Assembly (NCBI GenBank): GCA_964016885.1
Contig: OZ024766.1
Location: forward strand, 15,562,001-15,626,000
DNA length: 64,000 nt
Direction of reading: 5' to 3'
Source: Eledone cirrhosa
Taxonomy: Eukaryota
Shown: positions 48,911 to 61,975 of the stretch, one piece after another
Layout: each line of letters opens with the position of its first letter
How positions within the stretch are numbered: the first letter of the stretch is position 1
The notes under the pieces: model-generated
What the model was told of the DNA's origin: nothing
Seen by the model: the letters and a program-made list of their open reading frames with translations, nothing else
Database searches by the model: none
Program-made: the position numbers and the translations under genes

Positions 48911-50299
48911 ATGCAGAAACAACATCTGAATATTTCTACAAAGAACATACCCGTACCAAGCAGGAAAACATACCTAAAACTCCTGATACAGAAAACAGAC
49001 GCGTTCATTAAAAGGTTGCGTTGGCGTGCCTTTTATTTCGATAATCCGCGAAAAGCAGACAACAAACAGGATAAATTTGGATTTAAAACTTATAATAACC
49101 CTCCGTGGAACCCAGCATTGCTACCCTTCGAAAATGATGTCTTGGAACTCATTCGGAATATCAAATTTCGGAATAGGAGCAATTCCTTCCAGCAAGATCT
49201 GAAGAATAGAATTCGTTCTATTAAGGATTCTAACGCCGTGCACATCCATTCCGACAAAACTGGCAACCTATATCAAGTGGAGCGCAGTACTTACCATCAA
49301 CTACTACATAATGCTGTAACTAAGGATTACCGTAAAACTAATCGGTGCGTCATCAATGAAATCAACGATGCTGGGTTTAAAATCACATCTGATCTCAACA
49401 TCCTGGACCGGACCGAACCTCTGGACCCTATCTCTCCCCACTTTACCCTGAAGGATCACAAATCCAATTTTCCGAACAACCCCTCTATTCGGCTTATTAA
49501 CCCTACGAAGTCCGATTTAGGTAGACTTAGTAAAACGATTCTTGATAGAATTATACCTGAAATTAGAAGTTTGGCCCCTCTCGCACTGTGGAACAATTCT
49601 TTCGCGGTGATTGATTGGTTCAACGGCATATGTAACAAGGAACATTGCCGTTTTATCCAATTCGACATCAACAATTACTACTCCTCCATCACTTTACCAC
49701 TTCTCCTTAGAGCTATCAATTTCGCTAAAACACTCACAGTGGTTAAGGATTTTGAAGTTGATGTCATCCTTAATGCCCGAAAGTCGGTGATTAATTTCGA
49801 CGACTCTATTTGGATTAAAAAATCCAATAGTACCCCATTCGACGTGAGTATGGGCGCCAGTGACTCTGCGGAGGTTACTGATCTTATTGGCCTTTTCCTT
49901 CTTTTCTCTATCAAGGACGAATTCCCCAACGCGGGAGGTGGTTTGTACCGTGACGATGGTCTTTTGACCATGACTAAGTGCGGACCTCGTGCTTGCGACA
50001 GGTTCAGAAAAGAACTCACAGCCTTCTTTAAAGGCTTCAACCTCTCTATACAGGTTGAGGCCAATCCCTCGGTCGTTAATTACCTCGACGTTACCCTCAA
50101 TTTATTGAATGGGTTGTATTACCCGTATAGAAAGCCGAATGATACGCTTAATTACATAAGTAAGCATTCCAACCATCCTGCCAGCATAACCAAGAACCTG
50201 GTAAGAAACGTTTCGTTGAGGCTTTCCCGTCTTTCCACCAACGAGCGCATTTTCAACGACCATTCCACTTTCACAAAGGATGGTATAATAGTAAAATAA
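48911..50299 (+). pseudogene. Penelope-like RT, truncated in the thumb
   Basis: KNIPVPS, RWRAF, SDKTGN, FIQFDI, FDVSMGASDSA, GLYRDDGL, NYLDV, SNHP; homology lost after FNDH (~50263). Confidence 0.85.
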
Positions 50300-50671
50300 T
50301 TAACTAATTAGCAGTGGGTTAATCAACTTTTTCTGTGTTTATCAATAGGTACCCAGATAAAAATAAAATAACTCAACCTCAGAAAAATATCTAAGGTCTG
50401 GTTAGCGTAGCGAAAATACACGAGGTTTTGCACACGGCTTATTCCAGTCCTCTAACGTCCCACACATAGTGCTAGAAATAACAGCCGTATATATGGGATT
50501 ACAAAATTCAGCTCACCTGGGGGAGCAGTGATAAATAGCTTAGAGTTTAGACTCAAAGAGGTCATTTACAATCATTTCAGCTCTAGGAATCGCTTCTGAG
50601 CAGTATAAATTAATATTTGATGAACATTTACATGTTATAGTTGCAATTGACTAATAAGATCGCTAGAGTGA

Positions 50672-51178
50672 AAAATCTTAATTCAACAACATCAGGTCTG
50701 CCTGTACGATCTAGAAAATAATAACCAGCGGACTAACGCACAGGATAATTGTAACTGTAGAGCTAATAGAACCTGCCCTTTAGATAAAAAATGTCTAACC
50801 AAGGATATCATATACTCATGCACCGTCACGACTAGCAACTCTTCAGAAACCTATGTAGGCTCCACTTCTAACTGCTTCAAAATCAGATATAATTCGCACA
50901 TTCACTCGTTCAAAAAGCACAGCCTAGCAAACTCCACCTCACTTTCTAGCTACATACACTATCTAAAAACTAAAAATAAACCATACACACTCAAATGGGA
51001 AGTGATAGGCAGCGCGACCTCGTACAAACCACCTAATAAATTTTGTAACCTCTGTATACTAGAGACACACAATATTATCTTCTCCAACCGTAACCTACTT
51101 AACAAAAAATCTGAGGTGTTTGCAACTTGCCAGCACCGCTTCAGGCATTCCTTCCAAAACTTTAAGCCCAATATATAG
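50672..51178 (+). pseudogene. GIY-YIG endonuclease domain of a Penelope-like element (no ATG; not in the ORF track)
   Basis: Frame at 50747 reads NCNCRANRTCPLDKKCLTKDIIYSC..TYVGST..FKIRYNSH..CNLCILE..LLNKKSE..CQH..*. Confidence 0.85.
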
Positions 51179-52623
51179 CAATGTCGGACTGGAACCTAAC
51201 ACCACATCTAGCATCAAACACCAGAGACACACCTTATACTACATACCCAACACTAACTGATCTAATATAACACAAACAACGACATCCCTCTGGAACCCTT
51301 CGCAGGGAGAATACCCATTTATACCTCTACGTCAGGTGTGACAACATCCACCCACTTGAACGGCACTACACCGCTCTATGGGTAATTTGTGCATGAATTG
51401 ATCGGTTGGATAGTGTTGTGCAGAGGAAACACCTTCCTTAGACAGATGAAAAACGATTTAATCTAGTAACGCTGTTGAGCAGTAGGACCAGGCTGCTGAG
51501 CGCAGTGAGTGAATGCATTGCAACTGCCGTGCGAGTTGTACATATATGGATGATCTGACGGTCAGAGAGGGGTTGCGAGGACTGCGGATTGACCTCTGGC
51601 CGGCCTGGGGATGATTATCTTTCGACATCCAATGTAGCAAGCGATGACCCAGAACTTACCAGAGATCATTGGGTCCTGAAGCAATCCTGCAATCACCGCG
51701 CCTGGTCCTATGAGTAGACTACAACAACAGAGATCATTAATTTAGAATCCTCGCTCATCATCTATAATTTCCATTTGTGGCACCTTACGATGGGTTAATC
51801 CACCATAATAATATGATCACCTTCAGCATAACTTAATTAAACTACTCTATAGTTAATACACTTTATGCTTTAAAAATTTTTTTGGAGGATGCGCATCACC
51901 ATAGAAATTAGGGTCTATGTTGTGACACATTTTAATAGCTAGGTATAGAAACCCCGGAGTTACCTCCCCGCATGCATTAACTCCCCTTAGCCACACACAC
52001 ACTTCCGGGTAGTATTCAATGGCGATTCTCGAAACGTAACAGCCTCCTGTATTGAACTAAAGAACACCAGACTACGATCTCTAAATGGATTGTCAAACGC
52101 TCAATATCGAATTGTCGTGGATTATGTGAGGGGCATATAATCGAAAAATACACTCCCCTGACCATGAAAATGTCGAAGTACATGAAATACTTGACACCCC
52201 TTCGCTGTGCATCTCCAATACTTTTAACACTTTTAATGCTTGCACTATTTTTAATGCTTATAACATTTCTCCACACACAGACTATATCAATCATATAAAG
52301 AATTTGCCACCAGATCTACCAACCTAACACTCTTGTTTACCTACCTAAGTGCCTCTACCACACATATCTCTCTGCCACACTATATAAACAAGACGCACAT
52401 GCGTGCCACACATATAACATTTGCACTATATAACCGCTTATCTTCATGTTGTATTTTAACCTGTATTTTTGATTTTTGATTGTACCTCTTAATATAAATG
52501 TAATCTCGAAGTGTGTACTGCCACTCTAAATTCTGTAATGAATGTTGACCCACAATGTTTGAATATGTATCGGTATGTCTCTCGGCTGAAAACGAGGTCA
52601 TATAACTGTCCATGCATTAATAC

Positions 52624-52676
52624 ATTGCTCCGAAGAATCCAAACCTCGGTTTGGAGGAAACAGCTGTAAGCACAAT
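52624..52676 (+). ncRNA. Hammerhead-like motif with variant core
   Basis: tgct-CCGAAGA-a tccaaacc tc ggtttgga g-GAAA-CAGCTG-TA-agca; U4->C and an unpaired base of stem II. Confidence 0.55.
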
Positions 52677-52701
52677 AATGTTTTGAACAGTTCTTTGATT
52701 C

Positions 52702-52773
<72 letters not shown>

Positions 52774-52780
<7 letters not shown>

Positions 52781-53308
52781 ACCTACATTCCGCGGGCTCA
52801 CATACATTCTCTGTGCGTGATTTGGCTCAGTTCAGCCAATCAGCGCCAGTAGAAGAGGATGTATCCCTACGCGCCCTGAGGAAGAAATTCACCGCGTAGA
52901 TTTGAAGAATCTCTAGCTTGTACCGGAAACTTCAAGCCAGCAACACGCATAATGTAGCAGTGAGATATTGCACCACTAGCCTCGCCGGCTTAACGGCGCA
53001 ATGGCACATTCCCTAATGTAACCTCTTTTTATCTGTAACTTCAACCATATAAATAAACAAACATTGCATCTCTAATTACTGCGGTTGAAGTCGTTGTTTT
53101 ACTCGTGTCTCAATAACATCTTTAATCCATGCTGCTGGAATTGGCGACCTGACGAAAGGAATATTGTAAATAGATGGTAAATAGATCGAGGGACCTTCCC
53201 TCACGTCTATGTCAACAAGATAATCCAACGAGGATACTATCACTTACCACACTGGCAACTAACGACCACTGATTCTACCACCCCGCTAAAGTGGCGATAA
53301 CATCTACA
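52774..53308. mobile_element. Probable solo LTR (535 bp)
   Basis: TGTAG...CTACA termini, CCAAT and AATAAA inside, inserted in (TA)n; no clean TSD. Confidence 0.55.
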
Positions 53309-53309
53309 A

Positions 53310-53346
<37 letters not shown>

Positions 53347-53489
53347 AAGCACTTTACGATTAGGATTTTCTCAGTAAGGTATAAATCGAAGTGTCAGTGT
53401 AATAAATAAGAGAGACAGTTTATTCGTACATCTTCATTTTATTACATAATTCCATTAACCATATACATACATGCATACATAAATATATA

Positions 53490-53521
<32 letters not shown>

Positions 53522-53625
53522 GGCGTGTGTGTGTTCTTCGTTCTGTACTTTGCTGGGCTTTGGCTGCTATTTCTACCATGCATATACCTGTCCTTCATTT
53601 TTCTCTCGTTCTCTGGGACTCTGGC

Positions 53626-53675
<50 letters not shown>

Positions 53676-53792
53676 TTGTGTGTGTGTGTGCTGTGGCACT
53701 TGTATTTACAATTATATAAATAAGTATCTAATTATTTAAAGATAGAAAAACGTTTGTGGCATTACTACACCTTTAAGTTTAATTTTCAATTG

Positions 53793-53963
53793 AATAACAT
53801 TACAAATATGTTTTATATATATATATAAATAACATTACATATATGTTTTATATATATATATATAAATAACATTACAGATATGTTATATATATATATATAT
53901 TCATAAATAATATTACAGATATGTTTTATATATATATACATAAATAACATTACAGATATGTTG

Positions 53964-53995
<32 letters not shown>

Positions 53996-54207
53996 AATAA
54001 CTTTACAGATATGTTGTATATATATATACATAAATAACATTACAGATATGTTGTGTATATATATACATAAATAACATTACAGATATGTTGTATATATATA
54101 TACATAAATAACATTACAGATATGTTGTATATATATATATATATATAAATAACATTACAGATATGTTGTATATATATATATATATATAAATAACATTACA
54201 GATATGT

Positions 54208-54265
<58 letters not shown>

Positions 54266-54282
54266 AATAACATTACAGATGT
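53793..54282 (-). repeat. Minisatellite, reverse complement of 46665-47020
   Basis: aaataacattacagatatgtt(g)(ta)n repeated. Confidence 0.85.
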
Positions 54283-54299
54283 GTAAAAAACATTATAAA

Positions 54300-56100
54300 T
54301 TGCTCGCAATTCGTTTAAAAAAACATTACCAATATAATGTCTAAGCCATGTATAAAAATATAATAATATAATTTATTGAACAATAATGATAAAGGAAAGA
54401 AAAAAAGGCGGGGAGGGGCAATTCACAACCAGGTGTGACAATTAGCTTCACCTCACACCATAGGGGTTAACACCACACTTTGAGGCAAGCCAAAACACTG
54501 GCAACATTACCACGGGTTATGGCATGGCTAAGGTAGTGAAATAACCAGGTACCTTCACCTGACACCCCAGTAAGGTGAGGCTAAGGTAGTGAAATAACCA
54601 GGTACCCTCACCTGACACCTCAGTAAGGTGGGGCTAAGGTAGTGAAATAACCAGGTACCCTCACCTGACACCTCAGTAAGGTGAGGCTAAGGTAGTGAAA
54701 TAACCAGGTACCCTCACCTGACACCTCAGTAAGGTGAGGCTAAGTTAGTGAAATAACCAGGTACCCTCACCTGACACCTCAGTAAGGTGAGGCTAAGGTA
54801 GTGAAATAACCAGGTACCTTCACCTGACACCTCAGTAAGGTGAGGCTAAGGTAGTGAAATAACCAGGTACCCTCACCTGACAGCTCAATAAGGTGAGGCT
54901 AAGGTACTGAAATAATCAGGTACCCTCACCTGACACCCCAGTAAGGTGAGGCTAAGGTACTGAAATAACTAAGTACCCTCACAGACATCACCTGACACCC
55001 CAGTAAGGTGAGGCTAAGGTAGTGAAATAACCAGGTACCCTCACCTGACACCTCAGTATGGTGAGGCTAAGGTAGTGAAATAACCAGGTACCCTCACCTG
55101 ACACCCCAGTAAGGTGAGGCTAAGGTACTGAAATAACCAGGTACCCTCACAGACATCACATGACACCCCAGTAAGGTGAGGCTAAGGTACTGAAATAACC
55201 AGGTACCCTCACAGACATCACCTGACACCCCAGTAAGGTGAGGCTAAGGTACTGAAATAACCAGGTACCCTCACAGACATCACATGACACCCCAGTAAGG
55301 TGAGGCTAAGGTACTGAAATAACCAGGTACCCTCACAGACATCACCTGACACCCCATTAAGGTGAGGCTAAGGTACTGAAATAACCAGGTACCCTCACAG
55401 ACATCACATGACACCCCAGTAAGGTGAGCTACCAGTGATGACAAGAACTTCACTGTCAGCCTCAAATGCCACAGGCTGGAAGAAATAATTATTTGATAAG
55501 TCCTGGTATTTCCGTTCGGCAACGGAAGCAGTGACCCCCTCATTTACCGTGGTGTCCATGATGTGGGAGGGGGAAAAACAGTTACTGACTGTCACATCGC
55601 AGATGAGACATCTACCTTTCACCCAGGGACAAAGGGTAAGACCGTCTGCTCTCTCCCCATCACTTCTGGATAAACCAGCTGGATCCAGAACTGTGGGGAT
55701 ATTTTCCAGAGCCATGGCACCGTTTAACTCGGTGTGAGGGGCAAAATGACCAGCATGCAGGTGGCAGGACAAACCATGTAAACCTGTGGAGTCAAGTGAC
55801 CTACCACAGCAGCATCTCTGACTCCCCACAGGCGTCGGCTCCTATACGAAGTGCAATGGAGATGTGGAGTTCATCATGACTGAGAAAGCCACCAATGTTG
55901 GCCACAGGCAGGGCATCAATCCCCCCCCCCCCCGAGAACTTTGTGCTAGCAGAAAATAAGCAGGACCTAGAAAATTGATTGGAAAAGATCAAAGAAAGAG
56001 TTGAAACTTTCCCTTGAACGCAGATTGTCCCATACTCTCTGCTTCCGTCTATCCTCATCAGTAACTGGGACTGACAAACCCAGCTCTCTCCATTGTAGTA
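54300..56100 (-). mobile_element. CRE-clade (restriction-like endonuclease) non-LTR retrotransposon, 3' fragment
   Basis: C.CG..LD..GLHGLSC knuckle, P.GLSRSDGERADGLTL.PW..GRCL..DVTV, ERKYQDL, FQPVAFE; C-terminus WLFQYLSHAITRGNVASVL reached across the minisatellite. The 3' boundary is approximate. Confidence 0.75.
54525..55428. repeat. 53/62-bp minisatellite (~16 copies) inside the CRE ORF
   Basis: Unit ggctaaggtagtgaaataaccaggtaccctcac(agacatcac)ctgacaccccagtaaggtga. Confidence 0.9.
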
Positions 56101-56154
56101 AAGCTTCATCCAACTCCCTGGTGGAACTAGTCCAAAGGTGGGAAGGAGAGGATG

Positions 56155-58330
56155 TTGTAGTAAATCTGTAGCGCGGGCCCTGGTATCAGGTTGGATATCA
56201 CGTTACGGTGTTCCTACCACTGTCACCATGGTGGACAGTGGTAGGATATCACATTACAGTGTTCCTACCACTGTCACCATGGTGGACAGTGGTAGGATAT
56301 CACATTACGGTGTTCCTACCACTGTCACCATGGTGGACAGTGGTAGGATATCACATTACGGTGTTCCTACCACTGTCACCATGGTGGACAGTGGTAGGAT
56401 ATCACATTACGGTGTTCCTACCACTGTCACCATGGTGGACAGTGGTAGGATATCACGTTACGGTGTTCCTACCACTGTCACCATGGTGGACAGTGGTAGG
56501 ATATCACGTTACGGTGTTCCTACCACTGTCACCATGGTGGACAGTGGTAGGATATCACGTTACAGTGTTCCTACCACTGTCACCATGGTGGACAGTGGTA
56601 GGATATCACATTACGGTGTTCCTACCACTGTCACCATGGTGGACAGTGGTAGGATATCACATTACAGTGTTCCTACCACTGTCACCATGGTGGACAGTGG
56701 TAGGATATCACATTACGGTGTTCCTACCACTGTCACCATGGTGGACAGTGGTAGGATATCACATTACGGTGTTCCTACCACTGTCACCATGGTGGACAGT
56801 GGTAGGATATCACATTACGGTGTTCCTACCACTGTCACCATGGTGGACAGTGGTAGGATATCACATTACGGTGTTCCTACCACTGTCACCATGGTGGACA
56901 GTGGTAGGATATCACATTACAGTGTTCCTACCACTGTCACCATGGTGGACAGTGGTAGGATATCACATTACAGTGTTCCTACCACTGTCACCATGGTGGA
57001 CAGTGGTAGGATATCACATTACAGTGTTCCTACCACTGTCACCATGGTGGACAGTGGTAGGATATCACGTTACGGTGTTCCTACCACTGTCACCATGGTG
57101 GACAGTGGTAGGATATCACGTTACGGTGTTCCTACCACTGTCACCATGGTGGACAGTGGTAGGATATCACATTACGGTGTTCCTACCACTGTCACCATGG
57201 TGGACAGTGGTAGGATATCACATTACAGTGTTCCTACCACTGTCACCATGGTGGACAGTGGTAGGATATCACATTACAGTGTTCCTACCACTGTCACCAT
57301 GGTGGACAGTGGTAGGATATCACATTACGGTGTTCCTACCACTGTCACCATGGTAGGATATCACATTACGGTGTTCCTACCACTGTCACCATGGTAGGAT
57401 ATCACGTTACGGTGTTCCTACCACTGTCACCATGGTGGACAGTGGTAGGATATCACATTACGGTGTTCCTACCACTGTCACCATGGTGGACAGTGGTAGG
57501 ATATCACATTACAGTGTTCCTACCACTGTCATCATGGTGGACAGTGGTAGGATATCACATTACGGTGTTCCTACCACTGTCACCATGGTAGGATATCACA
57601 TTACGGTGTTCCTACCACTGTCACCACCGACCATGGTAGACAGTTCGAGTCTCATCTCTTCCATTTAGGTGTACAACACATTTGGACTGCCAGCTACCAT
57701 CCAGCTTCCAACAGTATGGTAGAACGCTTCCACCACCAATTGAAGGCCCCCTTGTGTGCTTAACCTGACCAGCAGTGGTGGAGCGAATACCTCCCTATTG
57801 TTCTTCTTGGCTGTTGTTCATTAGTCAGGGAAGATACTCCCCAGCTGGTTTACGGAGTACCTTTATCTCTGCCAGGTCAGATGTTGGCCCCACTTAAATT
57901 ATCTGTGTCAGATACCATTGTGTACATAAACAGACTTTGATCGTATTTTAATGATCTTCCGCCGATGAATCCTCGGCAACAAACTATTAAATCTTTGGTT
58001 CCGAAGGACATTGCATGGTCACATGTGTTCCTTAGGAAGGACGCTGTGAGAGGTCCTCTCACGTTGTCCTACACAGAACCCTATCGTGTTCTTTCACACA
58101 CCAACAGACTTTTCACCATAGACATTTGTGGGGTAAACAGGCCTTTTCAGACACTCTTACACCGGAGCCCCATACACCCCCCACATACACTGTTCATCAT
58201 CAAATGCAGGCTACACCTTCACAATTGCACACATCTTCCCCACCTCCATCTACATATGTCACAACTACACGGAGTGGCTACCACGTTCACTGGCCCACCA
58301 AGCTTTGCAACACTATTTATATGACCTAAT
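56155..58330 (+). mobile_element. Gypsy LTR-retrotransposon integrase remnant
   Basis: [21 protein letters not shown]..[array]..[53 protein letters not shown]...Y..PYRVL, TRSGYHV.WP. Confidence 0.85.
56193..57626 (+). repeat. 51-bp hairpin minisatellite (~28 copies, some 39-bp variants) inside the integrase core
   Basis: Unit ggatatcacattacggtgttcctaccactgtcaccatggtggacagtggta. Confidence 0.92.
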
Positions 58331-58454
58331 TTATGTATAACAAACTTTGAACTTGCCTTAAAGCATGAACTATTTTTTGTTCAATTTTGCATTCACTTTG
58401 TTTGATTTGTGTTAATTATTGCATAGTTGAACTACTTCCATCTTTTTTCAGCAT

Positions 58455-58745
58455 TTTGGTACTTGTGTTACCTTGTCAGATAGTTTGGTACTTGTGTTAC
58501 CTTTTCAGATATTTTGGTACTTGTGTTACCTTGTCAGATATTTTGGTACTTGCGTTACCTTGTCAGATATTTTGGGACTTGTGTTACCATTTCAGAGAGT
58601 TTGGTACTTGTGTTACCATTTCAGATAGTTTGGTACTTGTGTTACTTTCTCAGATAGTTTGGGACTTGTGTTACCTTTTCAGATAGTTTGGGACTTGTGT
58701 TACCTTTTCAGATAGTTTGGTACTTGTGATACCTTCTCAGATATT
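58455..58745 (+). repeat. 29-bp minisatellite (~10 copies)
   Basis: Unit ttggtacttgtgttaccttgtcagatagt. Confidence 0.9.
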
Positions 58746-59172
58746 TTCTCATTCTTATCGACCACTTCGCTGTCTAAGCAGAGGCTGATGTAGCAGCATT
58801 ATTTCCTATCTTGCAACAACAATCTTTCATGCGCAATTTGGTTACTGGTTCACCAATCATGTAAGTCACGCATGAATATACTGTTACTTCCGTCCTAGTA
58901 AACGGGTTTGAGAGTTCCTGACTGCCAGCAGAAGATGTCCTGAATATTATCCACAAAGATGAATTGAATATTTCCTGTATTGTTCTGGGATGATCTCAGT
59001 AGAATTAAAAAAGGTAGATGGACATATTCTACATTTACTTTAATATAGATTTAAACAAAGATGGTAGAAAGGTAGAATTGGTAGAGCGTCAGATAAAATA
59101 TCATTGCAATATTTGTTCTGGTTCTTAACATTCTCAGTTCAAATCCTGCCAACGTCAAATAATTATTTCAAC

Positions 59173-61283
59173 ATTAAAACTACTTACAAGATGATATCAT
59201 TATATGGTGTTAATAACAGAGATTTAGATGGGTGTTAGATGTATTAATACTACTTACAAGATGATATCATTACATATGGTGTTAATAACAGAGATTTAGA
59301 TGGGTGTTAGATGTATTAAAACTACTTACAAGATGATATCATTACATATGGTGTTAATAACAGAGATTTAGATGGGTGTTAGATGTATTAAAACTACTTA
59401 CAAGATGATATCATTACATATGGTGTTAATAACAGAGATTTAGATGGGTGTTAGATGTATTAAAACTACTAACAAGATGATATCATTACATATGGTGTTA
59501 ATAACAGAGATTTAGATGGGTGTTAGATGTATTAAAACTACTTACAAGGTGATATCATTATATATGGTGTTAATAACAGAGATTTAGATGGGTGTTAGAT
59601 GTATTAAAACTACTAACAAGATATCATTACATATGGTGTTAATAACAGAGATTTAGATGGGTGTTAGATGTATTAATACTACTTACAAGATGATATCATT
59701 ACATATGGTGTTAATAACAGAGATTTAGATGGGTGTTAGATGTATTAAAACTACTTACAAGATGATATCATTACATATGGTGTTAATAACAGAGATTTAG
59801 ATGGGTGTTAGATGTATTAAAACTACTAACAAGATGATATCATTACATATGGTGTTAATAACAGAGATTTAGATGGGTGTTAGATGTATTAAAACTACTT
59901 ACAAGATGATATCATTACATATGGTGTTAATAACAGAGATTTAGATGGGTGTTAGATGTATTAAAACTACTAACAAGATGATATCATTACATATGGTGTT
60001 AATAACAGAGATTTAGATGGGTGTTAGATGTATTAAAACTACTTACAAGATATCATTACATATGGTGTTAATAACAGAGATTTAGATGGAGGCACATGGC
60101 TTAGTGGTTAGAGCATTGGCCTTGCAATCGAAAGGTTGTGAGTTCAATTCTCAGACCGGGTGATGTGTTGTTTCCTTGAGCAAGGCACTTTATTTCATGT
60201 TGCTCCAGTTTACTCAGCTGTAGAAATGAGATGATAGGGACTGGGGTCCATATCATTCCACTGAAAAGTGGTCGTGTAGGCGCCACGGCAAAAAAGCACC
60301 CAGCACTCACTGTAAATGAGGTTGGTGTTAGGAAGGGCATCCAGCTGTAGAAATCAAGCCAGCATCAGTTCCCGTCCCACCCTTGCAAGCAGGGAAAAGT
60401 GGACGTAAAATGAAATGATGATGATGATGATGATTAGATGTATTAAAACTACTTACAAGATATCATTACATATGGTGTTAATAACAGAGATTTAGATGGG
60501 TGTTAGATGTATTAATACTACTTACAAGATGATATCATTACATATGGTGTTAATAACAGATTTAGATGGGTGTTAGATGTATTAAAACTACTAACAAGAT
60601 GATATCATTACATATGGTGTTAATAACAGAGATTTAGATGGGTGTTAGATGTATTAAAACTACTTACAAGATGATATCATTACATATGGTGTTAATAACA
60701 GAGATTTAGATGGGTGTTAGATGTATTAAAACTACTAACAAGATGATATCATTACATATGGTGTTAATAACAGAGATTTAGATGGGTGTTAGATGTATTA
60801 AAACTACTTACAAGATATCATTACATATGGTGTTAATAACAGAGATTTAGATGGATGTTAGATGTATTAAAACTACTTACAAGATATCATTACATATGGT
60901 GTTAATAACAGAGATTTAGATGGATGTTAGATGTATTAAAACTACTTACAAGATGATATCATTACATATGCTGTTAATAACAGAGATTTAGATGGGTGTT
61001 AGATGTATTAAAACTATTTACAAGATGATATCATTACATATGGTGTTAATAACAGAGATTTAGATGGGTGTTAGATGTATTAAAACTACTAACAAGATGA
61101 TATCATTACATATGGTGTTAATAACAGAGATTTAGATGGGTGTTAGATGTATTAAAACTACTTACAAGATGATATCATTACATATGGTGTTAATAACAGA
61201 GATTTAGATGGGTATTAGATGTATTAAAACTACTTACAAGATGATATCATTACATATGGTGTTAATAACAGACATTTAGATGG
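59173..61283 (+). repeat. 72-bp satellite (~24 copies, 69-bp variants) interrupted by a SINE
   Basis: Period measured between 59321 and 59393; single-unit paralog at 24234-24293. Confidence 0.92.
60088..60434 (+). mobile_element. Full-length tRNA-derived SINE with RTE 5'-UTR-like middle and RTE family 1 tail
   Basis: A box tggcttagtgg, B box gagttcaattc, core ccttgagcaaggcacttt, ggtgttaggaagggcatccag (compare 1765-1785), tail cccgtcccacccttgcaagcagggaaaag.ggacgtaaaatga matching 4847-4890. Confidence 0.88.
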
Positions 61284-61489
61284 CAAAATAACAAAAAATT
61301 GAAGATACAGACTTGATAAATTCCTTAAATATAATTCTTTTATTAACAACAAATAGAATGAAATTTAGGACATAAATACACTTCATAAAATTAATTATAA
61401 AAAATTAATAAATTGTTTACAAACAAAAAATCAATAAAAAAAAGGGAGTTAGAAAGAAAAAGAAAAACAAGTAAAACTACTCCTTCAAT

Positions 61490-61975
61490 TACTGTAACAG
61501 AGAATGTTGGTGTTACCCTCTAAAATTTCTGAGACTAGACACTCACAGCAATACCTCATGTGACAGAGGGCCCTCCAATTACACACTACAACAGGGAATG
61601 TTGGTGTAGGGCTCTAAAATTTATCATAGCAGAGAAGACATTACCTCAGGTGATAGAGGGTCCCTTCAATTACACACGACAAGAGGGAATGTTGGTGTAG
61701 GCCTCTAAAATTTATCATAGCAGAGAACACATTACCTCAGATGATAGAGGGTTTCTTAATTACACACACTATAGCAGGGAATGTTGGTGTAGGGATCTAA
61801 ATTTCATCATAGCAGAAAATACATTATCTCAGATGATAGAGGGTCCCTTAATGACACACTACAACAGGGAATGTTGGTGTAGGCCCCTAAGATTTAACAT
61901 AGCAGACAAGACATTACCTTATGTAATAGAGGGTCCCTTAATTACACACACTCTAGCAGGGAATGTTGGTGTTGA
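61490..61975 (+). repeat. ~91-bp tandem repeat, ~5 copies, in the ZNF-D 3' region
   Basis: acaacagggaatgttggtgtagg...cattacctcagatgatagagggtccc; paralog of 24540-24830. Confidence 0.8.

Larger units (their letters stand above)
48440..52710 (+). mobile_element. Penelope-like retroelement 2 (Naiad-like), internally broken or chimeric
   Basis: Inverted 5' segment 48440-48529 vs 48778-48867; RT ORF 48911-50299; separate GIY-YIG frame; hammerhead-like motif near the 3' end. Confidence 0.85.

Noticed and set aside
56138-57397. 419-aa repeat protein or CRISPR-like palindromic array
   Set aside because: The units are head-to-tail with no unique spacers and no cas genes; the ORF is a by-product of a 51-bp unit in a dead integrase.
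60088-60170. tRNA gene
   Set aside because: A and B boxes are present but there is no convincing acceptor stem, and it continues into a SINE body and LINE tail.
59173-61283. CRISPR-like periodic array
   Set aside because: There are no variable spacers and the context is eukaryotic; it is a satellite.
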